DNA from: Macrostomum lignano
Lineage: Eukaryota
Direction of reading: 5' to 3'
Assembly: GCA_002269645.1 (NCBI GenBank)
Contig: NIVC01000617.1
Coordinates: 1 to 64,000, forward strand
Length of the DNA stretch: 64,000 nt
A program made the translations under genes and the position numbers. This document shows positions 58,134 through 64,000 of the stretch, piece by piece; positions within the stretch are counted from its first letter, which is position 1, and every line of letters begins with the position of its first letter. The notes beneath the pieces are model-generated. The model did no database searches, had not been told where the DNA came from, and was given only the letters and a program-made list of their open reading frames with translations.

Positions 58134-61100
58134 TATCTCTTACTTTTTTCTTAGTCTTATCTCTTACTTTATCTCTTTTTTCCTTTTATCTCCTATACCT
58201 GGCTTTACCTAGAGAATACAAAATCTCAAATTTTGCCAATCCTGGGATCTCAATAAAAGGTTTCTAATCTTTGTTGGTACAATTTTGGCTTACAAAGCTA
58301 TCTAACCTGATTTTAAATGGCATTTAATAATAAAGTAGAAAAGAATAAAAGATTTTGCAAACAAGAAACTGACAATAAGCTCTGAATTGGAGTGTGATAT
58401 ACAGGCTGATATCTTAGACATGCTTTTTTATATGCCAATATTAGCTCAGGAAAATCACACTTAATTGTATTATAACCTAGGGAATGATAGCTTAGAGCTA
58501 TGGCCCAAGGTACTGATAACAGGGTAGAAGTGGATCAGACTTAGACTTCACCTTCCCAGGGGCATCTATCCTAGATAGAAAATTGGTAGCTTAGGTTGTG
58601 GTCTAGTAACAAGGTCCTACTGTTCTAATCCCAACTATGGCCAAGGAGTTTTGAAGGTATCTGTAAGCACTAGAAGTGAAAAAGAAAACAATGGTCTCTT
58701 CTCTTCTCAACTAGTTCTATCTAGCCAGACCAGCTTTACACTGAAGGACAGATGGCAAAGCTGAGGTTTGAAGGCCAAGCCAGCAGCCTACAAATGCGTG
58801 ACACAGTAGATTTGCAGCAATGCTTTGGCAGTGATATGGTTGCCTAATAACTGGATAGAGAAAATTGCTTTGAGCAATAACCCTGCCCTGCTCAAACTAT
58901 GCATTGCTTTTCATTTTATCAATTAAACCAGTTTGCTTGCTTGACCATAATATACATTGTCTTAAATAATTTGCGAGACAGAGATTTAGAGATGTGAGCC
59001 TCACACTCATAATAGGACCCTTAGAAGCTAGTGTATTAAAGTTTTTCTGACTTGTGAGTAGATAGCAGGAATAAAAACTGTTATAGCATTGATTTCCTAA
59101 AGTACATAATCTTTCTAACACTTTTTTTAACACCCTGTCTACTACCCATTCCAACTTCTGTCATCATCTTTATATTGCATGCTAGGCATCTAAAGGGTGT
59201 CTTGACAATGCTAAAAATGAGGTCTTTTGCATAGAGCCTAACCAGGATAGGAAAAATCTGATTGGGCAGAATCAGGCTGGATTGAATTCATAAAAGTTGG
59301 GACTTGGGATTGGCTGGGATTGGGATCAATATTTACCATTGGCATCCAGGCTTATTTAGGTATATGATGGCTAATTAAGGGTCCATTTACTATTATAATA
59401 TATAGGCACATGTAATTATTAGTAGTCAAGTGATATTACTATACTAGCCTAACTTGTAGTTTAGTATAAGTTAATACTACTAGATCATAGAGCCTAGACA
59501 AACTCAGGTTTTGGTCAAGTCAAGTATTTGACTGAACTTTGGGAGTTCATGCTGAGTATTCAAGTCAAGTTTTGTTGAGCAGTCGAGTAGAAAAAAATTC
59601 AGTAGTTAATGAATTTCAAACCTCCACCTATTTGACTATTGTTATATTTTTGCACTTAACTTTATAATTTTCATTTTGTTAGTATTTCCAATAATTAAAG
59701 ATCATCAAATAGCACTTTTAGCAAAAAATTGGGCTTTTCAATTACTTTTGGTTTGAGTAAGTTGATTGAATCATTTAAGTTAAGATATTCTAGGAAATCA
59801 AAATAACCTTGAAGACTTGAACTAAATAAATGAATCAATTTGGCATATGTAATATGTAGTGATCCACTAGTTTGGTATAATTGGTATTAGGTGTTGCACT
59901 ATTGTCAGCAGCTTCCTTTGCCCTTGCCCTCGCCCTGGGTTGCTGTCTGCCGCTAGGTAGCCTCCCTCCCCTTTTGCTGCCTGTTCTCTGGCATCCCCTC
60001 TCTTCTCTACACTCTTTCTTGCTTGTAGCCACCAGCTTCTCTGTTGTGACCTGCTCTGTGGTTTGTTCCTATCCTGAGGTCACACTGGTAGTCTGTTCCC
60101 TTGTCATATGAGCAAGTCACATGACAAGTCTTGTTTTCTCAAAGTCCTAAAGTGCAGTAAATATGTTTATTGCACTTGTCGGCCCATGTTTACAGGAGGA
60201 ATCACATGCTTCGGGGCCCTTGCCTTCTCTAAGGTAACATGTGGCTCATGTTTCTAAAAATAGATACTGAGTCATGTGGCCCTATGTACTTTACCCGCGC
60301 AGACCTTGCCTTCTCTAAGGAGAAGGGTGACATCAGTTCTAAAAATAGAACTGAGTCACAAGGTCCAGCTCACACTGGCACAACAGGGATTTCTTGCCTA
60401 TAAATATGTGCTCCTCTCCCTTGGTTCAGTCAAGGGGCCTTTTCATATTACCAATTCTAGAACCAGAATCGGTTTGGAGTTCCAAGAAAAACAGCAGTAT
60501 ATATTAAACTCTATTAATATTTGACTGCCTTAACAGCCTCACTTTGCACAATTTTTGACTTTCTTCTTGGCGATTGTCATTCAATAATAAAAACTTTATA
60601 GCACATATCTTCCTCTAGTTATGTAGAAAAAAAGGTATACTTTACAAATTGGTTCTGGTTCTAGAACCAGACCAGAACAAGCAATATGAAAAGGCCCAAA
60701 GATTCATATTCTTTTTTGTATTCTTTTTTGTCTTTTTAGTCTTTCTTCTTGTTGTTTTTCTTTAGTCTAGTTTTTAGACTTTGTTCAGTTGCCCATTTAA
60801 GCTATCTGTAATTGGCCTGACTAAACTTAGATGCTCAAACCTAAGGGAGGCTAGAACTGCCCTCCTAGCCACCCCCTGAGCCTGACCTGATCTGCTGACC
60901 AGGACGCCTTGTTCATTAATCTGCAAATCTGCACGCTATGCTGAGTTTGTTGACTTGTTTATTTTGTTCCAATAAGAGGCTCACCTCACCAAAGACCAAG
61001 ACCTAAAGGAACTGGTGGCAGCATTACCTATACTACTAAGAGCCAAGAAGGCTTCCAACAGAAGAGGCTCAAGACTTAAGGTGAACTTAGATGCCTAAAC

Positions 61101-61733
61101 CAGGAAGCTAATGACGTCTACTTCATTGGTGGCAATGGTAGGATTCAAAGACTTACTAGAAAGACTTACCCCAAGATAACCCTAAGTACTTCATATACTT
61201 GCCTTATTTAGTCCTTTCAAAATCGCTTCTAAATGATTTTTAGGGTATACTTAAAATACAAAAAACTTTTTATAAATTATAATCCTCCCCAACTTTTCCC
61301 AACTCTTAACTTACTCCCGACATGATCAGAAATCTGAAAAAACAACTGGGTCCCGACCAAGTCAGGATTGGGATCAGAATCCTAGACAGCTCTACTTTTG
61401 CATAAGGGGCTTCTAATCTGTGCAAGGTCAAGACCCCTTGATTTTAGCTAGGTTTGAAATGAAGGAGAGTTTCAATAAACAATCATTTGACTCCTATTTG
61501 GCTAGCACCATTGCTACAATTGGAAACAATGAGAGATTGGCTTCTATTGCTTTAGTAGGCTTTCTGCATATATAGATTTTAGGATAATAATTATATTATT
61601 CTGCATGTAACTTAATTAGACAGCTGCATATATATTTTTACATTTAAAATCTCTTTACAATCTGCCAATAGCTTTAGCTTTGTATCACTGCAATCCTAGC
61701 CTTTTTACTAAAGCCTATAGGCCCTTAAATATA

Positions 61734-63043
61734 TAAGGGTTGTTTGGAAAGTCTGCGACCAAACATGCATATCTTTTTTTGAGTCACTACTTTGTCTTGA
61801 AACTTTATAACATAGACAAATATCATACCCTGAATATTTTAAATCAATAGTGGTCTTGTTTGAGCCAGGAATTTCCTTTTTGCAGTGTTTTTAGTCACAC
61901 ACAAATTCTATCACTATGCTGAATAATGAAGAAGCAAAGCAAAGTGTCATTTGGTTTTTGTGGAAACAAGGAAAGCGACAGGCAGAAATTCTTTGCGAGT
62001 TGCAAGCAACGTATGGTGAATATGCACCATCAAAAACAATGGTCAACAAGTGGGTGCAACGTTTTGAAGACGGCTGGGAGACAGTCGATGACCTTCCATG
62101 GAGTGGCCGGCCTGCCACCACGGTTAACAGGTCAAACATCGAGCTTGTGTGTTGTGCTCTGGATGTTGACTGCCGAGCTACAGTGCGAGAGTTGTCAACC
62201 ATTACTGGCATCTCATCAATGGCCATTCATTCAATCCTGACAGTTGAGCTTGGTATGTCACGCATTATTGCTTGTTGGGTCCCAAAACTTCTGATTGACC
62301 AGCAGCAGCGAGAGCAGGTCCAGGTGTGTTGGCAGCTCCTCCAGTCATATTGCAGTGATCCCAACTTTTTGGACCAGATTGTGACTGGGGATGAATCCTG
62401 GTTTCATTATAGTGAGCCAGAGTCCAAGATGCAGAGCAGTGTATGGAAGGCCAGCCATAAGCCCACACCTGTCAAGGCCCTGACTGCACCTTCAGCTGGC
62501 AAGCAAATGGCCACCATCTTCTGGGACAATGAGGGTATTCTACTCATCGAATGGCTACCTTGTGGTGCCACAATAAACAGTGAGTACTACATCCAAGTCC
62601 TGCAGAAGTTGCGTGAAGCCATCAAGGCCTAGCAGCGTGGCAAGCTGAGCCGTCGCATCCTGATTCAGCACGACAATGCCAGGCCACATACCAGCCAGGC
62701 AACAATGGCTGCCATTTCGGACCTGGGCTTCGAGGTGCTGCCACACCTGCTTTACTTGCTGGACCTTGCACCTAGTGACTTCTGGCTGTTCGGAAAGATG
62801 AAAAAACCTTCCGAGGTTGCTAGTACAGCTCTCTACAGACCCTGGCATCGGCCATCAGCCAGTGGGTCAGGGGGTCACTTGCCAATTTCTATGCTGCTGG
62901 CATCGAGAAATTGCCTGAGAGGTGGCACAAGTGCATAAGCCTCAAGGGTGCCTACGTTGAGAAGCAAGAAGAGTAGCACTACATTTTTTCAATCTGTTAA
63001 ACTGTTAGACACATTTGATTGCGGACTTTCTGAACAACCTTTC
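61734..63043 (+). mobile_element. Decayed mariner (DD34D-type) DNA transposon, ~1.3 kb
   Basis: Transposase from 61916 with HTH, WVPKLL, TGDESW, HDNARPH and DLAPSD motifs. There is a stop at 62630 and a later frameshift. Imperfect ~30-bp terminal inverted repeats (AAGGGTTGTTTGGAAAGTCTGCGACCAAAC / ATTTGATTGCGGACTTTCTGAACAACCTTT) are flanked by TA. Confidence 0.95.
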
Positions 63044-64000
63044 TATGTTAAAAAGATTAATAAATCAAAATAGGCTAACTAAGTTTATAATTTTTATTTG
63101 TCAAGTGGCTTAGCGTATTTTAGCTATTGATTTTATTACTTGAATAAATGATTGAATTATTGCAAACTAGGATCAGGATCCAGATAATCAAGGGATTTTT
63201 AATCTAGGATAAGTGGGATCCTAGCATTTAGAATCATAGGATTTAGGCATTTATTGAAAGATCCTAGGATTATACTCCCAGCCCCACACTCAGGAAGGTG
63301 TATATTATAGCAGAAAATTCCGGCGCACATCAACAAAAATGTGCGCAAAGTAGAAGTTTTTAGCACACAGTAGCGCATAGCAAAAGTAGATAAAAAAATT
63401 TAGCTTATAATGAGTCACCTAATTTGCATATGCAATACATGAAATATGCTTTTAGATTGTTTTTTAAGCATATTAATTAAAAATTTGTTTCTTGGTAAGT
63501 GAAACAAATAATCAAAATTCAAAATAGGATTTTACTCTAAAGTTTAAGCTAATTCTATGTGAGCTAAAATAAAGCACAAAGTTTTGAGTTAAAAAAAAGC
63601 CTATGGAAAGTACAAAAATTTATCTGTTTTTTTACTTAATTGTTTTAATCGGACTTTTACCAAGTTTTTTTGTTATTGCACATTAGTGCTCTAGCTAGGC
63701 CCTATGTATTTGTCAATAAACAAATGAAGGCCTCGGCGCACAAGTTCATATTTTAGCTTTGCGCACAGCACACACTCCAAAAATACACTGAGATATATTC
63801 CCGCACACACGTGACACCTTCCTGACTGTGGTCCCAGCCTAGCCTTACCTCTCCTTTTCCTCATTTTTATTTTTTCTTTCTTTCTTATTCTTCATTTTTT
63901 CTTAATTTGGTCTATATAGCTATCTATCTATACTTATAGTCATACTTGATTTTCTATCCTATCCTATAGTAGGGACTCCAGTGAGATTTTGAAACTTTAA

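Noticed and set aside
57179-60111. GC-richer patches (57220-57500, 59835-60110) as upstream exons of the C39-like gene
   Set aside because: Splice-like sites exist, but I could not build an unambiguous in-frame chain or recognise a domain.

Overview
This is eukaryotic genomic DNA with GT-AG spliceosomal introns. The GC-rich Ala/Gln-rich exons and minisatellite-packed introns suggest an invertebrate, possibly a flatworm such as Macrostomum (inference only). Left third (1-23.5 kb): a minus-strand tandem array of at least four paralogous units built from the same exon modules. The modules are ankyrin exon ANK-B, a 55-nt spacer exon, ankyrin exon ANK-A, a 42-nt micro-exon, a 60-nt acidic linker exon, and caspase p20 and p10 exons. 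Unit X (19595-23415) splices to an intact ~554-aa ankyrin-caspase with AHG and QACRG catalytic motifs. Unit Y has both ANK domains but no caspase. Unit Z has ANK-B + ANK-A + a disrupted caspase. Unit W is a frameshifted ANK-B running off the window. The two ANK-A paralogs differ mainly at the ligand-binding hairpin and helix-1 positions, while the ANK-B core is nearly invariant, which suggests a diversifying sensor-protease (immune/death) system. The rest of the window holds UTP6, a degenerate Ty3/gypsy element, a 548-N gap, ANAPC2, TMEM208, an uncharacterised papain/C39-like peptidase gene and a decayed mariner transposon. RTE and SINE fragments and many intronic minisatellites are also present. 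A frameshift inside ANAPC2 warns that some single-base indels may be assembly errors.
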